Assembly (NCBI GenBank): GCA_035299765.1
Contig: DATGVZ010000095.1
Span: forward strand, 22,066 to 86,065
Length of the DNA stretch: 64,000 nt
DNA from: Gemmatimonadales bacterium
GTDB taxonomy: Bacteria; Gemmatimonadota; Gemmatimonadetes; Gemmatimonadales; GWC2-71-9
Direction of reading: 5' to 3'
Shown: piece by piece, positions 1-9,892 of the stretch
How positions within the stretch are numbered: the first letter of the stretch is position 1
Layout of the letters: each line of letters begins with the position of its first letter
Made by a program: the position numbers and the translations under genes
Notes under the pieces: model-generated
What the model was told of the DNA's origin: nothing
What the model saw: only the letters and a program-made list of their open reading frames with translations
Database searches by the model: none

Positions 1-2056
1 CTCGGGGGAAACGCCGCACGCCCTCCTGGCACCAGCGCTGCGCCTGGCGCTGCTGGTCGAGGTCATATGAGGTGAAGAAGAGCCGACCCAGGATGTCCGC
101 GGCATTGGTGAGGTAGGCATCCTCTTCGTAAGCCCGCCGCGCCGCCAACGCCGCCCCCTGAAGATCCTTGGTCTGGTAATACAGGCTGCTGAGCGTGGCA
201 TAGGCGCTCGCGAGGGTAGGTTGCATGTTGGTCGCTCGCTCGAGGTCTTTCCGAGCGTCATCCAGCAGCGCCGCAGCCTGCTGCGGATTGGGCGGACGGG
301 CCAACTGCCACCGCCGATAGCGCAAGGTCCCTCGCAGCTCGATGGCACCGGGATCTTCAGTGGCGATGGCGAGTGCTCGCGCCGCGTGTGCGAGTCCTTC
401 GTCTATGAGAGCCGGGTTGCGCGTGAGCCGAACGCGACGTTCGACGAGCTGGCCTCGCAGCACGATCGGGTCGATCCACTTTGGATCGGCGCGCTCCGCC
501 GAAGCCAGCGTCGAATCGGTGCGGGCGAACAGCGCCATCGCGCTGTCCATCTTCCCCGCCTGCACGAGCGCTTCCCCATCCCTGCGAATCGCCTCGGCCT
601 GCTGCACGCGCGTCCATGCTTCGGTGCTTCTCGTCCCTGCGCGCTCTTCGCGCAGCCGCACCTCTTCACCGAGCCGCTCGCGCAACACGCGGGCGACTTC
701 GCCGGCGAGCGAATCGCGAATCTGAAGCAGATTCGCCGACGGCTGCTCGAAGGTCGCGCGCCGCAACAGATCCGCACCGCTGTAACCGTCCACGAGGCGT
801 ACCGTGACGCGCACCCGATCGCGTACCGGTTCCACCGTGCCCTCGACCAACGTCCCCGCGCCGAGTGCCCGCGCGATACTGTCGCGCGGGAGATCGACGT
901 TGCGATACGGCAGCACGCCGTTGCGCGACACGACGTCGAGAGAGCGGACCTGGGAGAGCTGATTGATCAGTCCTTCGGTGAGACCGGCGGCGAGAAAGCG
1001 CAGCGAGCTGTCGGGACTCTGGTCCTGAAAGTACAGCACGGCGACACGACGCACGTCCATGCCCGTACCGGATGGTCGGGCCGTGCCACGGCGACTGACG
1101 ACGAGCCAGGTGAGCGCTGCGAGGAGCAACAGGCCGCCGGCCACGGGGATGGGCCGGCGCCAGCGTAGACGCCCCGGCGGCGTCGGCCGTCGTCCCGCTG
1201 CAACCCTCGAGATCCTTCCGGTGCTGGCGGTCGTGAGTGCGTTGGAAAACTGCTCGGCCGTCTGATAGCGATCGGCCGGCACCTTCTCGAGGGCGCGCTC
1301 GATCACCGTCTCGAGTTCGTCGGGGATCGCCTCGCGTACGATTTTTAGCCTGGGCACCGAGTCCAACGAATGCCGTGCCATGATGGCTTGCGCGGTGGGG
1401 CCCGTGAACGGAGGCTGGCCTGCGAGTGTCTCGTACAGTACGCAGGCGAGACTATAGATGTCGCTGCGGCGATCGACCTGCCCTGTCCCAGCGGCTTGCT
1501 CGGGCGGCATGTAGGCGGGCGTGCCGATCGCGAGCCCCGTCTCCGTGAGTTTCTCGCCGCCCGCCGCGCTCACCGCCCGCGCGATCCCGAAGTCGGTGAC
1601 GATGGCATGGCCGCCGGACAGCATGATGTTCTCCGGCTTGATGTCGCGGTGCACAACGTCATGGCTGTGCGCATACGACAGCGCGTCGGCCACCTCGCGC
1701 GCGATTTGGAGGGCGTCATCGAGCGGCAGTTGCGGCTCGCGCTCCAGCCGCTCGCGTAGGGATTCGCCTTCCACGAACGGCATGACGTAGAAGAGGAGGC
1801 CGTCCGCCGCACCTGAGTCGTAAACCGGAAGAATGTTGGGATGTTGCAGGCGGGCGGCGAGCTTGATCTCCCGCAGGAAACGCTCACGGCCGAGCGCCAT
1901 CGCGATCTCTGGGCGCAGCGTTTTGAGGGCCACGAAACGCTCATGGCGCACGTCGCGCGCGAGATAGACGAGCGCCATCCCGCCCCGACCCAGCTCTCTA
2001 TCGATGATGTAGTGGCCGGCGAGTGCCGCGTTCAATTCTGCAAACGGATCGGTCAC
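1..2056 (-). CDS. Ser/Thr protein kinase with TM helix, extracytoplasmic module and TPR-like C-terminus (C-terminus runs off the left edge)
   Basis: Absent from the ORF track because it has no stop in the window. My reverse-strand translation from GTG (2056-2054) reads VTDPFAELNAALAGHYIIDRELGRGGMALVYLARD..VHRDIKPENIMLS..DFGIARA..GTPAYMPPEQ. A hydrophobic span LRWRRPIPVAGGLLLLAALTWLVV follows, then TPR-like sequence in frame to base 1. Confidence 0.85.
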   Translation of the reverse strand, partial: MTDPFAELNAALAGHYIIDRELGRGGMALVYLARDVRHERFVALKTLRPEIAMALGRERFLREIKLAARLQHPNILPVYDSGAADGLLFYVMPFVEGESLRERLEREPQLPLDDALQIAREVADALSYAHSHDVVHRDIKPENIMLSGGHAIVTDFGIARAVSAAGGEKLTETGLAIGTPAYMPPEQAAGTGQVDRRSDIYSLACVLYETLAGQPPFTGPTAQAIMARHSLDSVPRLKIVREAIPDELETVIERALEKVPADRYQTAEQFSNALTTASTGRISRVAAGRRPTPPGRLRWRRPIPVAGGLLLLAALTWLVVSRRGTARPSGTGMDVRRVAVLYFQDQSPDSSLRFLAAGLTEGLINQLSQVRSLDVVSRNGVLPYRNVDLPRDSIARALGAGTLVEGTVEPVRDRVRVTVRLVDGYSGADLLRRATFEQPSANLLQIRDSLAGEVARVLRERLGEEVRLREERAGTRSTEAWTRVQQAEAIRRDGEALVQAGKMDSAMALFARTDSTLASAERADPKWIDPIVLRGQLVERRVRLTRNPALIDEGLAHAARALAIATEDPGAIELRGTLRYRRWQLARPPNPQQAAALLDDARKDLERATNMQPTLASAYATLSSLYYQTKDLQGAALAARRAYEEDAYLTNAADILGRLFFTSYDLDQQRQAQRWCQEGVRRFPR

Positions 2057-2094
2057 GACAAATAACGTACGGCGGGGACCTCGCCGAGGCTATA

Positions 2095-2571
2095 TCAGCG
2101 CACGCGTTGCGCGAGCGCGCGCGGCAGATTCTCGAGATCGGCGATCGGCCAAGGGCCGTCGAACACGAGCTGCACGCGGCCCGTGCCGGCGTCGATGACG
2201 ATCGTCTGCACGCGGACAGAATCGCGCGCTTCCGCCATGGGATCGAGGCGACCGTAGACTGCGCGAGTGGCGCTGGTGCTTCGCGCAAGGTCGAGGGCAG
2301 CGATTTCGGGACGCGCCTGAGCGTGCCACCGCTCCCGCACGACGTCCTGCGACACGGCGGCGAGCGGCGCGCTGATAGCGGCGGTGAGGCCGACCGCGAG
2401 ACGCACGCGCCACCGCTCGAGACCCGGGACGAAGATGTCGAATGGCGCGACGGCGACGAGTCGTGGGTCGGGCGCGTGGCTGCGTGTGTAGCGCACGAAG
2501 CTGATCGCGCCGGCGATCATCAGGAGCGCGATCATCGTGGACATCGCGATCAAAAGCCGTCGGTTGGTCAT
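2095..2571 (-). CDS. membrane-anchored hypothetical protein resembling the kinase extracytoplasmic module
   Basis: 158-aa ORF with an N-terminal TM helix (LLIAMSTMIALLMIAGAISFV). It lies 38 nt upstream of the kinase on the same strand. Confidence 0.6.
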   Translation of the reverse strand: MTNRRLLIAMSTMIALLMIAGAISFVRYTRSHAPDPRLVAVAPFDIFVPGLERWRVRLAVGLTAAISAPLAAVSQDVVRERWHAQARPEIAALDLARSTSATRAVYGRLDPMAEARDSVRVQTIVIDAGTGRVQLVFDGPWPIADLENLPRALAQRVR

Positions 2572-2634
2572 TGGCGTCCCGTCAGAGGCGCGGGTAGGTT
2601 CGCACCCAGCCTATTCGATCACAAGGAGTCGCGC

Positions 2635-4413
2635 ATGTCCCTGCGTACGGCGTTCCGTTCCCTGCTGGCCATGACTCTTTCCTGCCCGGTTCCCGTTCTT
2701 GCGCAGCAGCCAGTGGCTCCCCCGGACAGCGTCCGCCTGCACCAGCTCATCGCCCAGAACTGGGCATACACGATGCACGAGTATCCCGAGTACGCGACGG
2801 CGGTGGGATATCCAGGGCAAAACGCGCGCTGGACCGATTACTCGGTCGAGGCGATCGCCCGGCGCAAGCGGGAGCTGAACGATCCGCTGACGGCGCTGCG
2901 AGCTATCGACCGAAATAAGCTTGGCTCCACCGATCAACTCAACTACGATCTCTTCGCCCGCAACGCCACCGATGCGCTCGATGAAACTCGCTTCCCCGGC
3001 GAGTTGATGCCCGTCACCCAGCTTGACGGCGTGCAGCAGGACGTGCCGCGCATTTTCGCGCAGATGCCGAGCGGCACCGTGCGGGAAGATGAGGACATCA
3101 TCGCGCGGCTGCGCGCCGTGCCCGTACTCGTGAACCAAACGATCACGCTGCTCGAGCGCGGGCTCGCCAGCGGAGTCACGCCTCCGCAGATCACGTTGCG
3201 CGACGTGCCGGCGCAGGCGCAAAGCCTCGTGGTCGCAGACCCGCTGACCAGTCCGATGCTCGCAGCGTTCGTGCACTTCCCGGCCGAGATCGGTAGTGCC
3301 GATCAACAGCGCCTGCGCGCGGCCGCTGTGGCCGCCTATCGTGATTCCGTCGCGCCGGCGTTTCAGAAGCTGAGCGCCTTCCTGCGCGACAAGTACGTCC
3401 CCGGTGCGCGTAGGACCATCGGCATGCGCGATCTTCCCAACGGGCTCGATTGGTATCGCGTTCGGGCGCGCGCGAGCACGACGACCGATCTCACCCCTGA
3501 GCAGATTCACGCCCTGGGGCTCGCGGAGGTGAAACGCATCCGCGGCCTGATGGACAGTGTGATTGCAGCGACTGGCTTCAAGGGCACGTTCGCGGACTTC
3601 GCGCAGTTTTTGCGCACCGATCCGCGGTTTTTCTTCACGACGCGTGAGGATCTGCTCCGTGCATCACGCGATCTCGCGAAACGGATTGACCCGGAGCTCG
3701 TGCGTCTGTTCGGCACTCTGCCCCGCCTGACGTACGGCGTGAGCCCGGTTCCCCCGTATGCGGAGCGCTCGCAAACGACGGCGTACTATCAGGGCGGCAG
3801 TCCTGAGGCGCATCGCGCCGGCACCTATTTCGTCAACACCTACAATCTCCCCGCGCGTCCCAAGTGGGAGATGGAGGCGCTGACGCTGCATGAGGCGGTG
3901 CCGGGGCATCACCTCCAGATCTCGTTGGCTGAGGAGCTACAGGGAGTGCCGGAGTTCCGGCGGTACGGTGGCTACACGGCGTTCATCGAGGGTTGGGGAC
4001 TCTACAGCGAGAGTCTCGGCGACGAGCTCGGTCTCTACAAAGATGCGTACAGCAAATTCGGGCAACTCACCTACGAGATGTGGCGTGCCATCCGCCTCGT
4101 CCTCGACACCGGCATCCATACGATGGGGTGGACGCGCGAGCAGGCCATCGACTACTTCAAGGCCAATGCCGGGAAGGCGGAGCATGACATCACCGTGGAA
4201 GTCGATCGTTACATCGTGTGGCCGGGCCAGGCACTGGCCTACAAGATCGGCGAGCTGAAGATCAAAGAGCTGCGCTCGTACGCGTCATCGACGCTCGGCA
4301 GCAAATTCGATATTCGCGCGTTCCACGATCAGGTGCTCGGCGCGGGGGCGTTGCCGCTGGACGCGCTCGACGCGCGGATTCACGCGTGGGTCGCGTCGGT
4401 GCAGGCGCGGTGA
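2635..4413 (+). CDS. DUF885 family protein (secreted, zincin-like HExxH-containing)
   Basis: Part of ORF 2023..4413. The internal start MSLRTAFRSLLAMTLSCPVPVLAQQ looks like a signal peptide. It has the HEAVPGHH motif and a DUF885-like length and sequence. The upstream part of the ORF overlaps the opposite-strand gene. Confidence 0.85.
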   Translation: MSLRTAFRSLLAMTLSCPVPVLAQQPVAPPDSVRLHQLIAQNWAYTMHEYPEYATAVGYPGQNARWTDYSVEAIARRKRELNDPLTALRAIDRNKLGSTDQLNYDLFARNATDALDETRFPGELMPVTQLDGVQQDVPRIFAQMPSGTVREDEDIIARLRAVPVLVNQTITLLERGLASGVTPPQITLRDVPAQAQSLVVADPLTSPMLAAFVHFPAEIGSADQQRLRAAAVAAYRDSVAPAFQKLSAFLRDKYVPGARRTIGMRDLPNGLDWYRVRARASTTTDLTPEQIHALGLAEVKRIRGLMDSVIAATGFKGTFADFAQFLRTDPRFFFTTREDLLRASRDLAKRIDPELVRLFGTLPRLTYGVSPVPPYAERSQTTAYYQGGSPEAHRAGTYFVNTYNLPARPKWEMEALTLHEAVPGHHLQISLAEELQGVPEFRRYGGYTAFIEGWGLYSESLGDELGLYKDAYSKFGQLTYEMWRAIRLVLDTGIHTMGWTREQAIDYFKANAGKAEHDITVEVDRYIVWPGQALAYKIGELKIKELRSYASSTLGSKFDIRAFHDQVLGAGALPLDALDARIHAWVASVQAR

Positions 4414-4449
4414 ACGAGGTTTGATAGCCGGGCGTTAGCGTGACGCTGC

Positions 4450-5313
4450 ATGGTCACCGTCTGCACTGTTCTTCCCGCGACCGAACGCTCGCGCATCGAC
4501 GCCGCGGGCGACGGCTGCTTTCATACACTGCACGCCGAATCGCTGCGTGAAGCCCTCCACGTAGCCCGGCGCCGGCGCGTCGACGCCGTCGTGATTTCGG
4601 TGCATCGCTGCCACGGCGAGGCGCTCCCCGCGGTCGCGCGGTTCGTACGTGAATTTCCCACGATCCCCGCCGTCGCGCTGGTCTCGCGCCACGACCGCGA
4701 ATCCACCGAGACACTGTTGCGGCTCGGCGCCACGGGCGTCCGAACCGCTGTTGATTGTACCGAGCCCGACGGATGGCGGCGATTGCGGGACCTCGTTGGT
4801 CATCCGGCGTCGCCGGTTGCCACGCGGATCCTCGCACGGCTGGTCCCTGCCCTCGGCGAGCCATCCGAAGAGGCGCGGCTCTTCTTCGAAGCGATCGCGC
4901 GGCTCGCGCCGGCGCTCAGCACCGTCCGTGGTCTGGCCCGACATCTCCGAGTACGACCGAGCACGTTGATGTCGCGCTTTCATCGAGCGTCAATTCCGTC
5001 ACCCAAGAGTTACCTCGCGGGCATGCGTCTGCTGCACGCCTCCTTTCTGTTTCAGAATCCGGGGTTGTCGGTCTCGGACGTCGCGTATCGGATGGACTAC
5101 TCGTCACCCCAGAGCTTTGGGCGACACCTCCGCGCCGTGCTGGGCGTGACCGCGGGGGAATTTCGCCGCCGCTTTCCTTTTGATGTCGCGCTGGCGCGCT
5201 ACATCGACCTGCTCATCACCCCGTACCGGGAGGCCCTGCGCGCGTTTCACCCCTTCAACGCGGGGTCGTGGGACCAAGGCCCGAACGCCACAGCGGTCTT
5301 CCGGGCGGGGTGA
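4450..5313 (+). CDS. AraC-family transcriptional regulator with receiver-like N-terminal domain
   Basis: The C-terminus has an AraC-type HTH (SVSDVAYRMDYSSPQSFGRHLRAVLGVTAGEFRR). The N-terminal ~120 aa show an alternating beta/alpha pattern like a receiver domain. Confidence 0.8.
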   Translation: MVTVCTVLPATERSRIDAAGDGCFHTLHAESLREALHVARRRRVDAVVISVHRCHGEALPAVARFVREFPTIPAVALVSRHDRESTETLLRLGATGVRTAVDCTEPDGWRRLRDLVGHPASPVATRILARLVPALGEPSEEARLFFEAIARLAPALSTVRGLARHLRVRPSTLMSRFHRASIPSPKSYLAGMRLLHASFLFQNPGLSVSDVAYRMDYSSPQSFGRHLRAVLGVTAGEFRRRFPFDVALARYIDLLITPYREALRAFHPFNAGSWDQGPNATAVFRAG

Positions 5314-5321
5314 TTGCGGCG

Positions 5322-7001
5322 CTAGTCGGCGGCGGGCCGGATCTGATGCTCGACCGTGCGCTGATCGCGTCGCAACACGGAGAAATGGGCCATCCCGGCG
5401 CGCAACCGCTCGGCCAGCTGCGCGAGCTGCTGCGACGTGGTCGTGAGCTCGCCCATCGACGTGATCTGAGCCTCCGTCGCGGCGGCCGTGTTGTTGGCGC
5501 TTTCAGAGGAAGCTGTCGAGATACTGGCGACTTGCTGTAGCGATTGTGCCAGCGCCGCCAGCCGGGCGGCTTGGCTTCTCGAGACTTCCGCTGTCGCGTC
5601 GACCAGGTCGCCCATGAGCTGCACGCCCTGATGCAGCTCTTGGAGAGCGCCATCCGCCTCCGCCGCGACGCCACCGATGTCGCGTACCTTGGTCTCACCG
5701 GATTGCATCGCGCGCGCGGCCGCTTCGATCCCGGTTCGCAGATCGCTGACCAGCTCGGCGACCTCGCGAGCCGACTTCCCTGCCTCGGCGGCCAGCGTCC
5801 GCACCTCGTCCGCGACCACCGCGAACCCTTCCCCATGCTCCTCCGCGCGGGCGGCTTCGATGGCCGCGTTGAGCGCGAGCAGATGCGTCTGCCGCGCAAT
5901 CCGCGCGATTGTCTGGGCGAACACACCGATCCGCTCCGACATTCCGGATAGCCCGGCGACGGTCGACGCGGTCGCCCGCACTTCTTCACCGACGGCGCGC
6001 AGCGTCGCGCTCGCCCGCGCGACGCGCTCGCGTCCGCGTTCAGCGGCGCCGACGAGCCGTGACGCATCGACCTGCATCAACTCCGCGCGCACCCGCAGCG
6101 ACTCCGCCTGGTCGGCGGCCTTGGCGCTTTCGCCCCGGGCGTCATCGGCGAGCCCGCGCTGACGGCCGAGATCGCCAGCGAGGCGCTGCGAGGTCTGCGT
6201 GAGGGATTCCGTGGTGGCGTGCAATTGCTCGGCTGCCGCCGCGAGCTCTTCGGCGAACGCCGCGACCTCATCGGCTTCTCGCTGCACCGAGGAGATCGTC
6301 GCGGCGATTTCTTCGAGCATCCGGTTGAAACTCTTCTCCAGGAAGCCGAGCTCGTCTGCCTCGGCAGCCGCGGCCCGGACGGCAAGGAATCCCTGCTCCG
6401 CTTCTCCCATCACGCTGCGCGCGCGGCGAATGCGCTGGATGAGGGTCGCCGGAATTCGCTTGAGCGTCATCGCGACGACTATGAAGACTCCCGTCTCGAG
6501 GTACGCGCTCGTATCGAGGCCCCCCCCGTCGTGCAACCAGCTCGCGAGCAGATAGGCGACGGAGGTCACGAGCACGAGGAAGTCGCCGACGGTCTGTCCC
6601 TGATCGAAGGCGTACGGCAAGACCGCGATGAACAGCGCGGCGATCACGCCGCCGTGCCCGAACCAGAGCACGAGCACATTGACCAGAACGACGTCGAGCA
6701 GCGCCAGCATATAGATGAACCACCAGCGATACCACCCGCGCTCGTTGATCATGCCCACCAGCGCGTTGATCACGGCCGCCCCACCCGCGACGAGCACGAT
6801 GGTGCCGAGTTGCGTGTCGATTGTGCCGCTCAACCTGCCGAGTACGCCCAGCACGAGCAGTCCGGCCGCGATCGCCCAGCGGCGACGGTGACTCCGCTCG
6901 AACGTCTCGAGGTCTTTGAACCGCTGCTCGAGTGCGGTGGCTTCGTCGTGCCAGCCCCGCACGCGCTCGGCAAAGGAAGGACGACGCGAAGGCGACGTCA
7001 T
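5322..7001 (-). CDS. methyl-accepting chemotaxis protein with multi-TM N-terminal region
   Basis: ORF 5322..7217 trimmed to the internal ATG at 7001-6999 ([10 protein letters not shown]). It has the MCP signalling core ([37 protein letters not shown]). The start overlaps the pyrE stop in an ATGA arrangement. Confidence 0.85.
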   Translation of the reverse strand: MTSPSRRPSFAERVRGWHDEATALEQRFKDLETFERSHRRRWAIAAGLLVLGVLGRLSGTIDTQLGTIVLVAGGAAVINALVGMINERGWYRWWFIYMLALLDVVLVNVLVLWFGHGGVIAALFIAVLPYAFDQGQTVGDFLVLVTSVAYLLASWLHDGGGLDTSAYLETGVFIVVAMTLKRIPATLIQRIRRARSVMGEAEQGFLAVRAAAAEADELGFLEKSFNRMLEEIAATISSVQREADEVAAFAEELAAAAEQLHATTESLTQTSQRLAGDLGRQRGLADDARGESAKAADQAESLRVRAELMQVDASRLVGAAERGRERVARASATLRAVGEEVRATASTVAGLSGMSERIGVFAQTIARIARQTHLLALNAAIEAARAEEHGEGFAVVADEVRTLAAEAGKSAREVAELVSDLRTGIEAAARAMQSGETKVRDIGGVAAEADGALQELHQGVQLMGDLVDATAEVSRSQAARLAALAQSLQQVASISTASSESANNTAAATEAQITSMGELTTTSQQLAQLAERLRAGMAHFSVLRRDQRTVEHQIRPAAD

Positions 7002-7585
7002 GGAGACAGCCCGAGATCGGTGGCGGTGAGAAAGGCTTCGACCAGGTAGCCGGCGCGTTCGATCGCCTCGCGTCCACCCTCCTGCCGATCGACCACGGCC
7101 ATTACGCCGAGCACGTGGCCGCCTTCGGTTTCGACGGCGCTGATGGCGTCGCGAGCGGAGCGGCCGGTCGTGAGCACATCCTCGACGATGACGACGGGGA
7201 AGCCGGGGAGCAAGCAACCTTCGATCCGCTTTCCGGTGCCGTGATCCTTGGGCTGCTTGCGGACGGTGAAGGCATCGAGGAGTTGGCCGCGCCGGCGCGC
7301 GGTGAGGGCGAGCGCATAGGCGACCGGATCCGCGCCCAGCGTAAGGCCTCCAACCGCACGGGGCGTCCAGCCCCGGACTGCCAGGCGATCGAGGCCCAAG
7401 CCTCCAATCAAGGCGAGGCCGTCGCCGGACATCGTCGTGAGACGGGCATCGATATAGAAAGAAGAGCGACGGCCGGACGCGAGGACGAAGTCCCCGCGGC
7501 GCACGGAGCGCGCGAGCAGCAGATCCTTGAGAGTATCTCTAAGGTAGTAGTAGTCGCTACTACTATTCACTGCGCTTGCCAACAA
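6998..7585 (-). CDS. pyrE: orotate phosphoribosyltransferase
   Basis: [19 protein letters not shown] and the PRPP-binding loop [13 protein letters not shown]. Confidence 0.9.
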   Translation of the reverse strand: MLASAVNSSSDYYYLRDTLKDLLLARSVRRGDFVLASGRRSSFYIDARLTTMSGDGLALIGGLGLDRLAVRGWTPRAVGGLTLGADPVAYALALTARRRGQLLDAFTVRKQPKDHGTGKRIEGCLLPGFPVVIVEDVLTTGRSARDAISAVETEGGHVLGVMAVVDRQEGGREAIERAGYLVEAFLTATDLGLSP

Positions 7586-8477
7586 TGTGCTTCAGCGCGC
7601 CCAGCAAGCCTCGCGGCCGAGGTCCACCTTTGCTGTCCGCCAGGCCCGCCTCCAGGTCGTCCGCGAATGCGGTGACCGCAGGCTGCCGGTCAGCGGGATT
7701 GCGGGACAGCCCTTTCATCACCGCGGCTTCCAGCGCCGGCGGGAAGGTGAGGCCCTTGGCGGCATCGGAGAGCGGCTTGGGCTGCTGACTCAGCAGCTGC
7801 TGAAACAACTCGCGCGGGCTGCGGCCATCATGCGGATGGCGGCCGGTGAGCATGTAATACGTGATTTTCGCGAGACTGTAGATGTCGGCCCGGCCGTCGA
7901 CGAGCTCCCCTGAGAGCGCTTCGGGCGCCACGTATTGGAGCGTGCCGACAAAAAAACCGGTGCGCGTGAGCCGTTCTTCTGCCGGCTCCTCCGCGTCACG
8001 CGCGATCCCGAAGTCCAGCAGTTTGACGGTCCCGGAGGCGCGATCGTACATGATGTTTTCGGGCTTCAGGTCGCGATGAATGATGCCTGCCTGGTGCGCA
8101 GCGGCGAGCGCATCCGCAAGTTGCCGCGCGAGCGCGACTGCGTCCGAGGGAGCGAGGCGGCCGTTGCGGTGTAGGAAATCGGCGAGCGGCTCCCCCTTCG
8201 CCCATTCCAGGGCGAGGTAATAGAGCCCGTCCGCTTCGCCGAAGTCGTAGGTCCGGACCACACCCGGATGCTTGACGCGCGAGCCGTACCCCGCTTCACG
8301 CAAGAATCGCTTGACGACCGTGGGGTCGCCCCTGAGCCGCTCGCGCAATACCTTGAACGCACAGGCGCCGCGTTCGGCATGCTCAGCGCGGTACACTTCC
8401 GCCGTCCCTCCCTCGCCCACGCGCTCGAGGAGGCGGTAGCCGGCGATCGACCGACCGGCGAGGTTTTCGTTGGCCAT
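7563..8477 (-). CDS. Ser/Thr protein kinase (kinase domain only)
   Basis: ORF 7563..8708 trimmed to ATG 8477-8475 (MANENLAGRSIAGYRLLERVGEGGTAEVY). Contains HRDLKPENIM, DFGIARD and APE motifs. Confidence 0.85.
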   Translation of the reverse strand: MANENLAGRSIAGYRLLERVGEGGTAEVYRAEHAERGACAFKVLRERLRGDPTVVKRFLREAGYGSRVKHPGVVRTYDFGEADGLYYLALEWAKGEPLADFLHRNGRLAPSDAVALARQLADALAAAHQAGIIHRDLKPENIMYDRASGTVKLLDFGIARDAEEPAEERLTRTGFFVGTLQYVAPEALSGELVDGRADIYSLAKITYYMLTGRHPHDGRSPRELFQQLLSQQPKPLSDAAKGLTFPPALEAAVMKGLSRNPADRQPAVTAFADDLEAGLADSKGGPRPRGLLGALKHIVGKRSE

Positions 8478-8521
8478 GGGGAGTTCTCGCGAAACTAACG
8501 TCCGGATTTGAGGCTCGGCAA

Positions 8522-9892
8522 GTGATGCGACGTGCGGCGCCGCTCTGCGCGGCCGTTTTCTTCGCTGGCGCGTGTGGGTCGTGGCAGCGCGTCGGCCGGC
8601 CCGACCAGCCCCAGCCCGGCGCCAGCTTGCCGCGGCTGTTCGACGCGACGGCGATCTACCGCTCGATGGGATCGCTCGTCGGCGGCGGGGCGCTGCCGTT
8701 CGTCGCATCGGTCCGCTATCTCGCGGGTCCGACGCCCGATTCGACGCTCGCCCTGTTCTCTGCCTCTCTGACGAATCAGGCGCTCAGCTTCCAGCGTCGC
8801 GGTGGCGAGTTCGTGGCGGAGTATCGGGTCGAAGCGGCGTTTTTCGCAGACAGCGGCGTCGTCCCGGTGCGGCAGATCGGCAGCGACCAGCGAGTCCGCG
8901 TGCGCAATTTCCAGGAGACGTTGCGCAACGATGAGACCATCATTTTCCAGCAGTTCGTCACGTTGCCGCCCGGCACGTACCGCGTGTCGGTCACGGTACG
9001 AGACCGCAATGGTCCAGCGGTGGCGCGCGCCGAACGCGTCGACACGGCGCCACGCTTTGCTGCGCCCAAGCCGCTCATGACGCCGCCGGTCGCGGTCTAC
9101 ACCGCCGAGGGCCGGCACCAGCGCGCGGATCTTCCAAAGCTGGTCGCGAACCCGCGCGCGACGCTGCCCTATGGCTCCGACTCGATGCACTTCTACATCG
9201 AGCGCTACGGGGCCGGAGCCGGGTTGCTCATGGCGCGCGTGGTGGATGGCGCCGACAAGGAGCTGTGGCGCGATTCGGTCCGGCTTGCGGCCGGAACGGA
9301 CCTCGCGTACGGCACGATTGTCGTGGCTCCCGGCCAACTTCCGGTTGGTCAGGCCGAGCTGCAAGCCGTTCCTGCGGGTGGTGGCGACACGACCCGCGCC
9401 CGCTTTCTCGTCAGTTTTTCGAATCAGTGGGTGATCACCAACTTCGACGAAATGGCGAGCCTGCTGCGCTATTTCGATCGTCAGGATTGGGTGGATTCGC
9501 TGCGTCGCGCTTCGCCGGACCGGCGCCCTGAGGTCTGGCGTGAATTCTGGAAGGCGACTGATCCCATTCCATTCACGCCCGAGAATGAAGCGCTCGACGA
9601 TTATTTTCGCCGCGTGCAGGCGGCGAACGTCCGGTTCCAGGACGAGGGCGAGCCGGGTTGGCTCACCGAGCGCGGGGAAGTCTTCATCACCCTCGGCGAG
9701 CCGGATGAAATGCTCGATATGTCGAACGGCATGGATCGCAGCGGACTGCGGGTGATTCGCTGGACCTACAACACGCAGCGGCTCGTTCTCTATTTTCAGG
9801 ACCAAACCGGTTTCAGCCGCTTCCGCCTGACGCCGGCGTCGCGTGCAGAGTATCAGCGTGTGCTGGCGCGCGTGAGGCGATCCGGATCGTGA
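8522..9892 (+). CDS. GWxTD domain-containing protein (secreted or lipoprotein)
   Basis: Signal/lipobox-like N-terminus AAVFFAGAC. The GWLTERGEVFITLGEPDE motif is characteristic of the GWxTD family. Confidence 0.8.
   Translation: MMRRAAPLCAAVFFAGACGSWQRVGRPDQPQPGASLPRLFDATAIYRSMGSLVGGGALPFVASVRYLAGPTPDSTLALFSASLTNQALSFQRRGGEFVAEYRVEAAFFADSGVVPVRQIGSDQRVRVRNFQETLRNDETIIFQQFVTLPPGTYRVSVTVRDRNGPAVARAERVDTAPRFAAPKPLMTPPVAVYTAEGRHQRADLPKLVANPRATLPYGSDSMHFYIERYGAGAGLLMARVVDGADKELWRDSVRLAAGTDLAYGTIVVAPGQLPVGQAELQAVPAGGGDTTRARFLVSFSNQWVITNFDEMASLLRYFDRQDWVDSLRRASPDRRPEVWREFWKATDPIPFTPENEALDDYFRRVQAANVRFQDEGEPGWLTERGEVFITLGEPDEMLDMSNGMDRSGLRVIRWTYNTQRLVLYFQDQTGFSRFRLTPASRAEYQRVLARVRRSGS

Noticed and set aside
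221-1168. 315-aa plus-strand ORF, and several shorter ORFs, across 221-2065
   Set aside because: They lie antisense to a clearly recognisable Ser/Thr kinase/TPR reading frame. Their products are Arg/Ala/Pro-rich low-complexity sequence, as expected for shadow ORFs in GC-rich DNA.
2023-2634. N-terminal extensions of track ORFs: 2023..4413, 5322..7217, 7563..8708, 32954..33592, 33508..34818, 35541..37073, 58697..60490, 60171..61670, 61478..63826
   Set aside because: The extensions overlap neighbouring genes and are Arg-rich. They precede internal starts that give canonical N-termini, signal peptides, RBSs or 1-4 nt coupling overlaps. I trimmed them in the feature table.
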